In this document: piece by piece, positions 43,901 through 55,378 of the stretch
Layout: the number at the start of each line of letters is the position of its first letter
Position numbering within the stretch: position 1 is the first letter of the stretch
Assembly: GCA_963693365.1 (NCBI GenBank)
Contig: CAVNZM010000015.1
Span: 6,039,507-6,103,506 of the forward strand
Length of the DNA: 64,000 nt
Source of the DNA: Amoebidium appalachense
Taxonomy: Eukaryota > Protista > Ichthyosporea
Direction of reading: 5' to 3'
Program-made: the position numbers and the translations under genes
Notes under the pieces: model-generated
What the model saw: only the letters and a program-made list of their open reading frames with translations
What the model was told of the DNA's origin: nothing
Database searches by the model: none

Positions 43901-46161
43901 CCATCATGTGTACCTAGGCCCTGGTACGGAGGTGACCATGTTATTCCCTTGCAATATGATGACACTGTAACAATTTAGCACGTGCATACCCCACCAATGG
44001 GCACATGCGGGAGACAACCCCACAAGCTGCCTTATTGGGCACCTCTGCTAAAACGAATATTCTTCTCATGAAGGAACAGAAGAATGCCACGAACACGAAC
44101 CACACACCCCCCAGGCAGCTACTTACGTCTGATGTATGAAAGTAGTAGGTGTGTGAATGGGGTAACTTCATGAACACCAACACGAAAGCAAGCACAGCAC
44201 AAAGCAGTTCCACGAATACGAATGGTTTTGGTATTCCACACAACGAACAGAACCTACAGTAGGGCCACCTACAAATGAAGCAGAGGATGGGGCACCATCC
44301 AGACCTGCACTGGAGGATATGAAGATACGAAGCGCGCTCACGAAGTTGCTTACAAAAGAAAGGGCGACCGTGACGACTTTTCTTTTGAGGCCAAGCCTCC
44401 AGAAGAATGTATTATGCCTGGAATCCCCCTGCTCAACGAAAATCGCTGGCTCATGGGATACGAAAACTGCTCACGAATGGAAGCAGGTGTTTTCTGAAGA
44501 AGGCTTGCTTTGCCTACCCTCTTCTTATGAATTATGAATCGGGTTTTTACTGGTTCTAACGGGCTGATAGATTTCTTTATGTCACCCAACGAAGAACACT
44601 AAGGGCATTTTTATTCTGTTTTTCCCAGCTCCGATGATGCAGGGTTAAAGCTGAAAGGAAAGAAGTGCTATTTGTTCATGAAAGAAGTGGCTTTTCTGGC
44701 CATGGCGACTCGCCTTACAGTCTTAAGGTAGAACCGGGATAAGGAGCAGCGGCTAAGCCTTGAAGCTATCCACCACTACCTGAGCTACGAAGTGACCTAA
44801 GGCTTGAGTTATATTCATTATCGAATGCTTGGTATGATCATTCATCCACACAACCAAATTACTCGCAATTGAAAACGAATCTGCGGGAGTATCCTAAAAA
44901 GGAAAAATTCCCAAAAAGGAAAATATTACTTCTACAGAAAAAGCCAAGCACAGAGACGAAGCGAACAATTCGCACGAACACTCTGCAACAATCTTCGCCA
45001 CGAAAATGAACGCACAGAAGAATGCTGCATGAATTTACGTTTTGGCAAACGAAGAAGTGCTCATAGACGTGCACAACTCTATTCAACCATCCTTGCTCTG
45101 TTCTGCCCAGCAGCTCGGCGCACAAGAATTCTCGCTGAAGGTTGTTTATCGCCTCTCAGCCTGGTGGTTTGCTTGCCTAACGACACCACCAGGCTCCCGA
45201 CAAGGGGGGAGTGTAAACAACTGTACACATGAACTGTACATGTTTACTAAAGAATGTGATCTACTAGCACACGATTCGTGCTTTGTCATGAATAGCACAT
45301 AAATATTATGTCCGCACCAATAGGACTCACTCTGACCTAAGAATTGGACCATATATGGTTCTACCGCTGCATACCACATCAACGAAGTGAACCAATAAGA
45401 TGTTTTTACAGCTTAAATAGGACGAAGGTCTGACTGGCTCGGACCGCACCAGAATCACGAATGGCATGTTGCCACCCGCGCTGGCCGTGGATGAACCAAT
45501 CCTGGGCCTTGATCCGAAACCTGGGGGCTATATAAGAAAGCCGTCCCAGTACGGGGATCACATCAGTGAAGTCTAGTCTGAGACAGACTGAGTCGGCCCA
45601 TAGTAAAAGCAACCTGGCCGCGTGTGCCTTTCTACCCGTTCTCTGTCTTTATGTTGATTCAGTTGTACTCTGCCTTATCCTAACTAGTCCAACTGTTTAC
45701 AGGTAGGTGATGCTGTCATTGACACTGCTACCCCGGGGCCAGGAGAGGTGGTGGATTCGACGGTACTTGGGGGGTTCCCTTTCTTGGTAACGGCGCCGAT
45801 GGGGGAGGAACGGTGGACCGGAAATTCGTCAAAGAATTGGGCCGGGGAGAGGGGGCCGCGCAGGTGGCCGAGGGCGACTTCGTTGGCAATATCCGCCGTG
45901 ATAGCGGAAGCTGCCTCCGGGGTGGTGGGTAGGTTGGGGCCCACCCGAGAGGTGGAGGGGCCGCGATAGCCGATGTCGACACCGAATTCAACATCGTGGA
46001 GGAGTTGGGCGGCGAATGATTGGTCTGGGTAGGAGGCCAGCAGTTCCCGGAGGCGGGAGGTGTCAATGTGGTGCTGGGGCAGCGGGGCGGGCCTCCGGGT
46101 CTGAGCCTCGGGGGAAGGGGTGGTTAGCAAGGGTGGGGCACCCTCGGGGAGATCCCGGCAG

Positions 46162-46197
<36 letters not shown>

Positions 46198-46300
46198 CGA
46201 GGCAGGGCCCCGGGGGGGGGGGGTAGGGCAGCTGGGCCCGAGTGAGGTTGGCAGGGAGGGCAGCGGGGCCCTGTGCAGGGGAATGTGCCCGCGCGTGCGG
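40917..46300 (-). pseudogene. RT/RNase H of Ngaro copy 2, split by an LTR insertion, with a premature TAG at 41747-41745
   Basis: LPFGLKSSP, YVDD, TDAAG, CDN, ADAISR; colinear with copy 1. Confidence 0.88.
42145..45701 (+). mobile_element. Non-autonomous Gypsy-derived LTR element (LARD-like)
   Basis: TSD GGTAG; 490-bp LTRs 42145-42634 and 45212-45701 (TGTAAACA...TGTTTACA); PBS TGGCGACCGC; PPT AAGGGGGGAG; RT-thumb relic AGLKLKGKKCYLFMKEVAFLAH at about 44638-44703. Confidence 0.9.
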
Positions 46301-46591
46301 GGGTGTGGGCGGACACAGAGGTAGAAGAAGGGGGGGGGGAGGGAGTGCTAGGTGAGTGTAAGGGTGGGAGGCTCGTGGGATGGGGGGGGGAGTAAAATTA
46401 TGTGCAGTGGCCAGAATAAACGTCTTTGTGTAGGGACATTTATTCTTGACGCGCGCGGGCGCCGTAGTTTGGCCTGCGAAATTTTTGTACTCAGCCCTAT
46501 GGGCCCGTTCTCCCGAGCTCGTTTCCCTGTACTCGTGTGTCCTAGCTCCTAACCCCTATGTTCTAGCTGTGTGTGTGGGTGTGCGCTTAGA

Positions 46592-47761
46592 CTAGGCAAT
46601 GTGTTTGCAGTCTTTGCGGGGGTGTGTGCCAGAGCAGAGCGGGCACACGTGGGAGAAGGGGCAGGGCTGCTTAGCGCAGGACCGACCGTTAATGTGGAAA
46701 TTCCTGCAGTGTGTCGCGGGTAGATCCACGGGTCGGGCCGGTTTTGTCGGGCCGGGTTGCGGGCCAGGGCGGTTAGGGGTTTGACCCCCGCCGGGCTTGT
46801 GGGGCGGTTTAAAGCCGTCAAGACCACAGCCGGGCTTGGGGTACATGGGGCAGGCCGCGCTGGGGTGGTCAGGGAAGCCACAGCGCTGACATGCGTCCGG
46901 GATGAGCAGAGTGGGAGGCAAGAGGAGATCCTGGTGGAGTTGGGCGAGCAGGTTGGGACACTCGATCGGAGCCCGACCCTGCTGGTGGGCAACGGTTCGG
47001 GCGTATACGTCATAGTTGTGGATCTGGGCCCACGGGTACCGGGTGCTGAGGCGAGTGATGTGCTGAGTCCAAAGTACGTCTTTGTCTGTGGGGAGGCCGA
47101 GGTGGTGCTTGGCGGCCATGTAATGGGTCCAAGCCTGGATCCAAATGACGAGTGAACGCAGGGGAACGGGTTTGTCTTGGCGAAAAGTCTCAATGCTGCC
47201 GTCGTCGGCCATGCGCAGATGCTGACCTTTCTTGGATGGGGCCAGGAGGGCGGCGGGGGTGAACTTATACAGGTCGACGAAACGATTGGCGCGCAAATCT
47301 GCCAGCACATCCGCGGGGGGAAGCGGGAGTGTGCCCGGCTGAATGTCGCCAGTGTTCTCACCTGTGATGGGGGGCGCGGGCAGGGCAGGTAGGTCGAGGT
47401 CAGGGCCGAGATGCAGCCCCGGGGAAACCTCCCCGGGTGCGGAGGGCGCGGCGGGGGGCGCGGGAGGGTCGCGGTTGGTGAGAGCAGCCAGGACGCCAGC
47501 CATCTGGGTGCTGATGGCGGTAAGGGCGGCAAGGACGGCGTCTTGAGAAGTCATCTGCGGGGACGGCGGGGCCTGAGGGGGGACTTCAGGAGGGGAGGGG
47601 AGACTAGCCGGCGGGTCCGGGTCAGTGGTGGTATGGGCCGCTGGAGGCGCGTCAGTGTCCGCGGGAGCGTTGGTCAGCCTGTGGCGGAGGTCGCTGCGGG
47701 TCAGGCGCTTGGGTGCCGCGTCAGGGGCGGTGGCTGAGGCCTGGCGCTTTTTCGGCGGCAT
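46592..47761 (-). CDS. gag-like ORF1 of Ngaro copy 2 (389 aa)
   Basis: Open ORF after repeat A1; CQRCGFPDHPSAAC and CRNFHINGRSC...CPFSHVCPLCSGTH fingers. Confidence 0.85.
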   Translation of the reverse strand: MPPKKRQASATAPDAAPKRLTRSDLRHRLTNAPADTDAPPAAHTTTDPDPPASLPSPPEVPPQAPPSPQMTSQDAVLAALTAISTQMAGVLAALTNRDPPAPPAAPSAPGEVSPGLHLGPDLDLPALPAPPITGENTGDIQPGTLPLPPADVLADLRANRFVDLYKFTPAALLAPSKKGQHLRMADDGSIETFRQDKPVPLRSLVIWIQAWTHYMAAKHHLGLPTDKDVLWTQHITRLSTRYPWAQIHNYDVYARTVAHQQGRAPIECPNLLAQLHQDLLLPPTLLIPDACQRCGFPDHPSAACPMYPKPGCGLDGFKPPHKPGGGQTPNRPGPQPGPTKPARPVDLPATHCRNFHINGRSCAKQPCPFSHVCPLCSGTHPRKDCKHIA

Positions 47762-48289
47762 GCTGACCGGCGTACGGAAAGATAGGGAGAGTGAAAAAGA
47801 GAAATATAGCTGTAAAGCTGTAGGTGCTAAACACAGAAGATGTGTTGTTGCCTGCTGATCTGCTAAAAACTGTCGTGCTTATATACCTACGGCTACCGAA
47901 CTGAGCCAATCAAAACCGATCTAGTGTTATGTGAAATCTTATCCTGAGCCAATCAGACTCGGTCTAGTGATCTGTGGAATCTGGTGTTTTGATCGGCTAA
48001 TAGGTGCCCGTATGCGGGCAGCCGAACGCGAACTGCTAAAACATGAAACAAAGCCTGTTGATATCGGACACCCATCCTACGTGTTTACCCAGAAAAATAT
48101 TTATGTCAATAATTTCCACAAATAAAACCCAGACACAGACACAGACATAATCACAGGACGGACACAGACCAGACAGACAAACGCCATATGCACAAAAGCA
48201 GGCAACACAAAACTAACCTTCAAAGGGCCTTTCAGCCGTTAGGCAGCATGCAGCATGGTCCAAAACAATCAGCACGGTGGCTGCGCGAT

Positions 48290-48408
48290 CTGCGGAGGGG
48301 ATCTGTGACCAGGCAACCTGCGGGAAGGGAACTGCGACCAGGCGACCTGCGGGAAGGGACCTGCGACCAGGCGACCTGCGGGAAAGGACCTGCGGACCTG
48401 CGGGAAGG
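48290..48408. repeat. ~28-bp minisatellite (mirrored at 61272-61400)
   Basis: GACCTGCGGGAAGG / GACCAGGC units. Confidence 0.85.
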
Positions 48409-48749
48409 GGGAAGAGAAATGGAGCAAACAACGTGCGTACAGGCTTAAATGGAGAAAAAATTGCAAACCGGATTGGGATTTAGCCAATCACTATTCGCCG
48501 CGCCTGATTAGGAAAAAGATAAAAATAGATTTCGGCTTGCGCGCGCGCGCATCAGCTTGGTGCCCTTAGCGCTACCCTTAGTGCCCTTAGTCACAACTAT
48601 CACACTATAGTTACGTGTCCTCCACTTCTTTGTTCTTGACCATTTTTTCGGCATGAAAGGGTTTCTGTTACTTCTTGCTGTCCTTCTTAGCGTGCTTGCT
48701 TGTCTTTTTTTCAACATGGGTGTCACTGGCGCTTTCGACTTCTTTGAAA

Positions 48750-48797
<48 letters not shown>

Positions 48798-48823
48798 GCA
48801 CGCACACACACTCACACATGCAC

Positions 48824-48855
<32 letters not shown>

Positions 48856-49000
48856 GGCGCGCACACACAGGCACGCACACACACACAGGCGCACACCTAC
48901 ACAACACACACAGCACATGCACACACAAGCGCACACACGCACACACCCTGTTATCCCTGATCATGATGCCCCCTCCCCCCCTCCCTCTTCCCCCCCGCGC

Positions 49001-49032
<32 letters not shown>

Positions 49033-49323
49033 ACCCACCCCACCCACCCACCTACAAAGACGAAAACATTGTACATGTATTGCATACACAAATATACTCG
49101 CACATATACATACACACATTCACTTTAATCTTTCAGGCTACATGTGCAATATACATTAATTATGCACAGTCGATAGAATTCGTTGTGAAACCCCCCCCCC
49201 CCCCCCCCTCCTCGTTCCCCCCATATGCAATGGGGATAATATTGTTTCCCGCTATATAAAAAATCACCGTTCTAACTTCCTAAGACCGAACCACTTGTAA
49301 CACCGACAGTTTCGGTTGTGTGG

Positions 49324-49356
<33 letters not shown>

Positions 49357-49469
49357 CCCACCCACCACCACCTTACCAATATTGAGGTGTACACTGCCCC
49401 CACATCCCCAACTGTGTGCTGAATATCCCGTGCTAGGAAACCAATAACGTGAAAGTAACACATGCCGCA

Positions 49470-50028
49470 TGTGGGTAGTTATTGAAAAAACCAATAATGT
49501 CTAGGTAACTTATGGCATACTATGTACATATACTATGCTACAAAGGGGGTTCTATACGAGCTACAACGTTGTGTTTTTTTCGTGTGACCCTCGTACTCCA
49601 GGGGCACATTCACCATCCCCCCATAAACTTTGTGGTAAAGTTCTCGTGCTAGAAGCTGTTCTGTGGGTAGTTATTGAAAAAACCAATAATGTCTAGGTAA
49701 CACATGTACATATACCATGCTACAAGGGGGGTTCTATTCGAGCTACAATGTTGTGTTTTTTTCGTGTGACCCTCGTACTCCAGGGGCACATTCACCATCC
49801 CCCCCATAAAGGTTGTGGTAAATCGCTCGTGCTAGAGGCTGTTCTGTGGGTAGTTATTGAAAAACCAATAATGTCTAGGTAACATATGTACATATACTAT
49901 GCTACAAGGGGGGTTCTATACGAGCTACAACGTTGTGTTTTTTTCGTGTGACCCTCGTACTCCAGGGGCATATTCACCATCCCCGCCATAAACTTTGTGG
50001 TAAATGTCTCGTGCTAGAAGCTCTTCTG
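49470..50028. repeat. ~183-bp tandem repeat, 3 copies
   Basis: GTGACCCTCGTACTCCAGGGGCACATTCACCATCC recurs at about 183-bp spacing. Confidence 0.92.
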
Positions 50029-50210
50029 TGTCTGATGTGTGGATGTCTGTGTATGTTGTGTGTATGTGCATGTCTGTGTGTGTGTATGTGCTCAGTTGAA
50101 AGGGAAGGGGGGGGAGAGGGGGGATGCACCGTGTGTGTGCATGTGTGCACGTGTGTGTGTGTGTGCTCTGTGGAGAGGGAAGGGGAGGGGGGAAATGCAC
50201 CGTGTGTGTG

Positions 50211-50258
<48 letters not shown>

Positions 50259-50408
50259 TGTGTGTGTTGTGTGTGTGTGTGTGCATGTCTGTGTGCATCG
50301 TGTGTGTTGTGTGTGTGTGGGCGTGCATGTCTGTGCATGTGTGCATGTGCTCGGTGGAGAGGGGAAGGGGAAGGGGGGGATTCGTGTCCGTGCATGTGTG
50401 CATGTGTG

Positions 50409-50459
<51 letters not shown>

Positions 50460-51060
50460 ATGTATGTGTGTGTGTATGTGCTCAGTTGAGAGGGAAGGGG
50501 AGGGGGGGGGTGCACCGTGTATGTGCATGTGTGCATGTTAATGCAAAGTACACACGGGGGAGTCCGTAGAATTTTTTTCCCGACGGAGGGGGGGGGGGAC
50601 GTGATCGGGGAATTTCAGTGTTTTCTCCAGTCCCGCATGCAACATACCAGCCTTCGTATTCAAAAAACCCAAACACCCTTTCCTTTAGCAAGTAGCTGAT
50701 TTTCTCACCACCAAACGTAGATGGGGGTGGGGGGGAGTGCCCACGTTCACCCACACATCCCCACGGGCATTTGCCGGCCCATCAGGGGGGGTCCAAGAGG
50801 GGGGGGGGGGGGGGGGGAGGGGTGATTCTATAGTGTGCATGTGTTGTGGAGGGAAAAAACGTGCAAAAACCCTCAGAATGGACGGATTTCGATGCAGTTT
50901 TTTTTTGTTTTCCCAATGGGAAGGTATGTTAATGCAAAGTACACACGGGGGAGTCCGTAGGATTTTTCCCCGACGGAGGGGGGAACGTGATCGGGGAATT
51001 TCAAGACGAAAAATCTAAAATCTCAATATCTGCCAAAACCCTCCGAATGGACGGGGGGGA

Positions 51061-51095
<35 letters not shown>

Positions 51096-54000
51096 GGGGG
51101 GGGGGGAAGGGGGGGGGGGGGGGAGGCATCAAACGTGATGGCTCACACACCCCCACTGAAATTTGCTGGCCCCATAGATGGGGTCCATGGGGGGGGGGGG
51201 TCATTGTATAGTGTGCTTTTTTTTTGTGGGGGGGGGGGGGGGGTTTACACATTGGGTGGTTATTTCCAAGGCAATGGCAACGTCCCCCCCCCCCCCCCCC
51301 CCCCCTCTCCCCGGCGGGCCCGCCGCTGCGCTGCGGAAGATTACTCTGATCCACTCGAATCCTTTTGTCCCAAACACAGGCTTGCAGGATAAGAAAGGCC
51401 TGCACTGCACCTTGCAAAGCTGGATGCCTATTTTGCATCAGAAGGGAACTTCGACCCCAGCCCCAGGCTTGAAGGACGTGGCAATTGCCTAAAGTTCCTG
51501 CCGGTACAGCTGCAGTTGTTCCTAGCGGGCTTAACGCCTGCTGAAGCACGGGGGACTCCACGGGGGGATCTGCCTCTTCCAGTGAAAAGAAAAATATTCC
51601 CATACAACAGCTGCTATATTAGACTGCAAGAAGGTGAGGAGGGAGTGTATCTTAGGGTGGTGGGGTGTAAGGAGTTTTATGGTCGGCGATCCGCACTGCA
51701 GTTTCAGGTATGGTTGGCGTATTTATTCAGGACACGCGTACTGACAGAATAAGAAGTATAGCTCTAGTATAGCGTGATGATATTCTTAGGAGCTTCCTAA
51801 GGTATGCGATATATATCTTTGCGTTTTTTTGCGTTTTTTGTGCATTTTTTTATTTTTTTTATTTTTTAATGTGTTTATTTAGGGTAAATTCCACGCACCG
51901 GCCACTTGCTCCGCGCAGGCATTGCACCGTTTGCCAAGGTATCTCGCCTAATTTATAGGTTCCTTAAATATTATTATAACTAAAACTTCTGTATTTGGCA
52001 GTTGAATGCCCCAGTTTTACTTACATTAGACGGATCATGATTGTAATGATAACAGTGCTTCGGATTCTGGTTTGCACCCCTCCAGTAAATCTTTGTTTCC
52101 ATTGGCTATCAACGCCTCGCGCGCACCTGCGCGACGCCTTCATGATTCATGTTTCAATAAAAGCGTACCTTGTGACGCCTTCATTGTGAATGCAGTGTGA
52201 AATTCGATCCTAAAAAACAACCAATCAAAAACGTTGGAGTGATCTATCCCACAATCAAATGCGAAATCCCTTTTCCGGCCGTATATATTGAGCTAACCCG
52301 CGCATCATGGATCGTGGTCCTGGGTAATCGGCATTGACCTGGTGGTGAAGACGCCGTGGCTGAGGATAGCGATACGTGCTTTGCTTTTCTATCCCAGGGA
52401 ACACTTAAAGATCATCTAAATCGATCCCATTAAAGCCTTAAAGAGGTCCTAAAGTAATCTTAACACAATACCTAATTGCAACTCTGAACATCTTTAAGCT
52501 ACCCCAAATAGGGCGTGAAGATCGCAGAAAGGTATCACCAATACTTGCCTAAGATTGCGTTAGCATATCACATGCACAGAAATGGCCTGTCTTGAAGATA
52601 TAATTTGGATGGCCAATAGCGCTACAAAAGAACTCTCCAAAGATCTCCTTAGCTGATCCACTGCCTAGCTGTGATATATCCTGACGACAATCTAACGCAA
52701 TCAGTTCGTTTCGCAAATGTTGCATGGCCATACGGGATTAAGAGAGGATAAAGATTGTACTAAGATCTCCGCAGTACATCTTTAACATATCTCTACGCCC
52801 ATCCCACGAGCGCCTTGTGTCAACTTACTTGCGTGTATAATGCATCTTACACACATCTATATAATATGTATCGGTATCTCTCATAGACATCCTGTAGAAT
52901 GAGTGCAGACGTCTTTAGGACATCTGTTAACTACCCCATGTTCCGGGATGATAAAAATATGTCCTCAATCCGTCCAAGATATCTTTAAGACGTAAAAGAC
53001 ATGAAAACCCGAAAGACGTCTTTCATATATCCCGTATGCATCCGCAACCCATCAGACAATTTAATGGGGGGTTAAGGACATCCGGACTTGCGCTGATGGG
53101 TATAAGTGCACTTCCAGGTGTCTGTATGACATCTTGTCAGACGACTTTACTACGTCTTGCAGATGTCCACTGTCTTGAATCCGTGCCAGAAATATTTAAT
53201 ATATGGGATGTGTTTCAGACGCCTTGCCATCCTGAAATTCCGGGTTATCCTAAACCTGTCCTAAGCTATCTTTTAGATATATTAACGACGATAGGACGTC
53301 CTAAAGTCGTACAAGACAGGTTTCGGATGGGGGGTGATCTTTGCTGATGTTTGGTCCGGTGCTTGATGCTGTTGGTGTGCAGGAGGGCAATGGTGGACTG
53401 GTTGTCACAGTAGACGGGGGTGGGGTCGGTCATCGGGTAGCCGAGTTCACGGAGGAGATCACGGTGCCAGATGACGTTTTGAACAGCAGCATTGATGGCC
53501 AGAAGCTCAGCCTCGGTGGTGGATGTTGCCGTGATGGACTGCAGCTTCGAATACCATGTGATGGGGATGCCCTTGAAGAAGATGACGTATCCGGTGGTTG
53601 AACGACGGGTGTTGGGGCAGTTGGCAAAGTCGGCATCAGAATAACACTCCAGCAAGGGGGTGTTGTCGTCGGATGCAGACTTGTCGTAGTGAAGGCCGAG
53701 GTTGGATGTGCCGATGAGGTACCGAACTACACGGAGTAGACATCATTCCCATGCAAGTTTGGTGGGGTGGGCACTGAATCTACCGAGGTAGCCGATGGCA
53801 AAGGAGATGTCGGGCCGGGAACAACGAGCAACCCACAAAAGACGGCCGAGTAGTGCACGGTAGGGAACCTTGATGGGTGGTGAGTCGTTCTCGTTGATGG
53901 TGATGACGGTGCCGACGGGAATGGGAGTAGCCTTGGGGTGGGCATCGTTGAGGTTGAAGTCTCTGACGATGTCGTTGATGTAGGACTGTTGAAGCAGCTT

Positions 54001-54188
54001 GAGGTGACCGGGGGTGTGGATGAGCTGGGTGCCGAGGAAGATGTCGGGGAGGTCAACCTTGCAGAGAGCTGACTTCATGATGTGGTCTACTAGATCCTTG
54101 GTGTGGGAGGAGTTGGCCGTGCAGATGATGATGACGTCGTCCACATAGTTGCCAGTGAGGATGATGTCACCGTTGGGGAAGGTCTTGA

Positions 54189-55113
54189 TGTTGTAATACG
54201 TAGTATTTACATATGGTAAGATCTTCTCAGTTTGTGTTATGTTTCAGTTCATATGCTTAGTGTAAATGCCACACTCCTATTATGTAAAGTGTAGCATCGA
54301 TCTCCGATATGCTTGTATACTTGTAATCGTGTTGTATCGGCTTTAATCGTGTGTTGTAATATCGATTAGAATATTTATATGTGTGTACACGGATCCACCC
54401 ACTCAGGGAGAGACGTGTACATGTTCGTGTGTACATAAATATCTCTGGTTATAGTTATGCTATTACTATCTTGTTTGTTGATCTGTGCTCTCTTTTCCTT
54501 CCTCTTTCTCCTTCCTTATTTTCTTTTCTTTCTCTCTTTGTCTTCATGTGTATAATCGTATTTCTTTTCTACTAATATATGTTAGGTAGATTTGTGTTAC
54601 TTAATACGTGTTCATTGGACGGTAACACACTTAGGCTACACTTAGAATAGCATGTGTGTTTAGACTTCATTAATTCACTTTAGTTTTCATGTGTTGCCGG
54701 GCTTTAACCAATCATCAAGGTTAAGTGTGATATGTCTGAGTCTTTGCAGTATGTCATAGGTTAGAACTTCCTTGATGATGACACGAGTTGACCTTAACTA
54801 GTGTCTGTGTCCTATCGTGTGCGTCTCCGCGTACCGGATCTCTCTGAAAGCAATTGGTTCTTAGTGATTGGTTTCTATTAGAGATAGATCTGATTTCCGA
54901 CTGGTCGGAAATCATGTATGGATTGGACTTAGAGGAATTTCAGGTATTTATTCGAAGATCAGAATAAATTCAGTTCAGTCGTGTCTAAACATTGATGTCT
55001 GTTGTGTACACTGCTCCGATCGTTCCGTGTTTTGTTGTTGTGTGTGTCTGTGGTGTTTTTACACTGCACGACTGTGTCTCTGCTTTCATCCCAAATACTT
55101 ATACAATTTAACA
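54189..55113 (+). mobile_element. Solo LTR of the Copia D family
   Basis: TGTT...AACA, 925 bp, TSD CTTGA on both sides; reverse complement of 61475-62398. Confidence 0.93.
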
Positions 55114-55378
55114 CTTGAAGTAGACACATGGATCTGAACGGAGACGTTCGAGACCGTGAGCAAGGAGGACCTTGTCGAAGTACTCATACCAGGCCAGTGA
55201 TGCTTGCTTGAGGCCGTAGAGTGCCTTCTTAAGTTTCCAGACCTTCAAGTTGTGCTCGTTGCCGGGGGTGATGAAGCCAGGTGGTGGCTCAATGTAGATG
55301 TCTTCTTGAAGAGGACTGTTGAGGAAGGCAGTTGAGACGTCGAGTTGATGAATCTCATGGTTGCCGTCCACACCGATG

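Larger units (their letters stand above)
39154..48129 (-). mobile_element. Ngaro/DIRS-type tyrosine-recombinase retrotransposon, copy 2 (interrupted by a Gypsy-derived element)
   Basis: Split direct repeats A1 47791-48129, B1 39712-39800, A2 39373-39711, B2 39154-39242; gag, RT/RNase H, YR. Confidence 0.94.
37226..53349. mobile_element. Large non-autonomous CACTA/CMC-like DNA transposon (about 7 kb without the nested Ngaro)
   Basis: TIR CATCAGCAAA.ATC / GATCTTTGCTGATG; 2-bp TSD TT inside the Copia C RNase H; ~0.9-kb subterminal blocks rich in GACATC/GACGTC/GATATC; no transposase ORF. Confidence 0.82.
36495..55378 (-). mobile_element. Copia C remnant: probable 3' LTR fragment 36495-36883, RNase H end 37072-37225, RT/RNase H 53350-54188 and 55114-55378
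   Basis: Reading frame KHRTKH|IAVRYHNTKDY rejoins across the 37226-53349 insertion; HQLDVSTAFLN, LKKALYGLKQA, YVDD, YSDADFA; PPT CAGTGGGGA at 36884-36892. Confidence 0.85.

Noticed and set aside
48653-48750. Secreted peptide MKGFLLLLAVLLSVLACLFF (also at 60987 on the minus strand)
   Set aside because: Runs straight into a microsatellite with no donor site; may be the antisense of a lysine-rich stretch; no support for either strand
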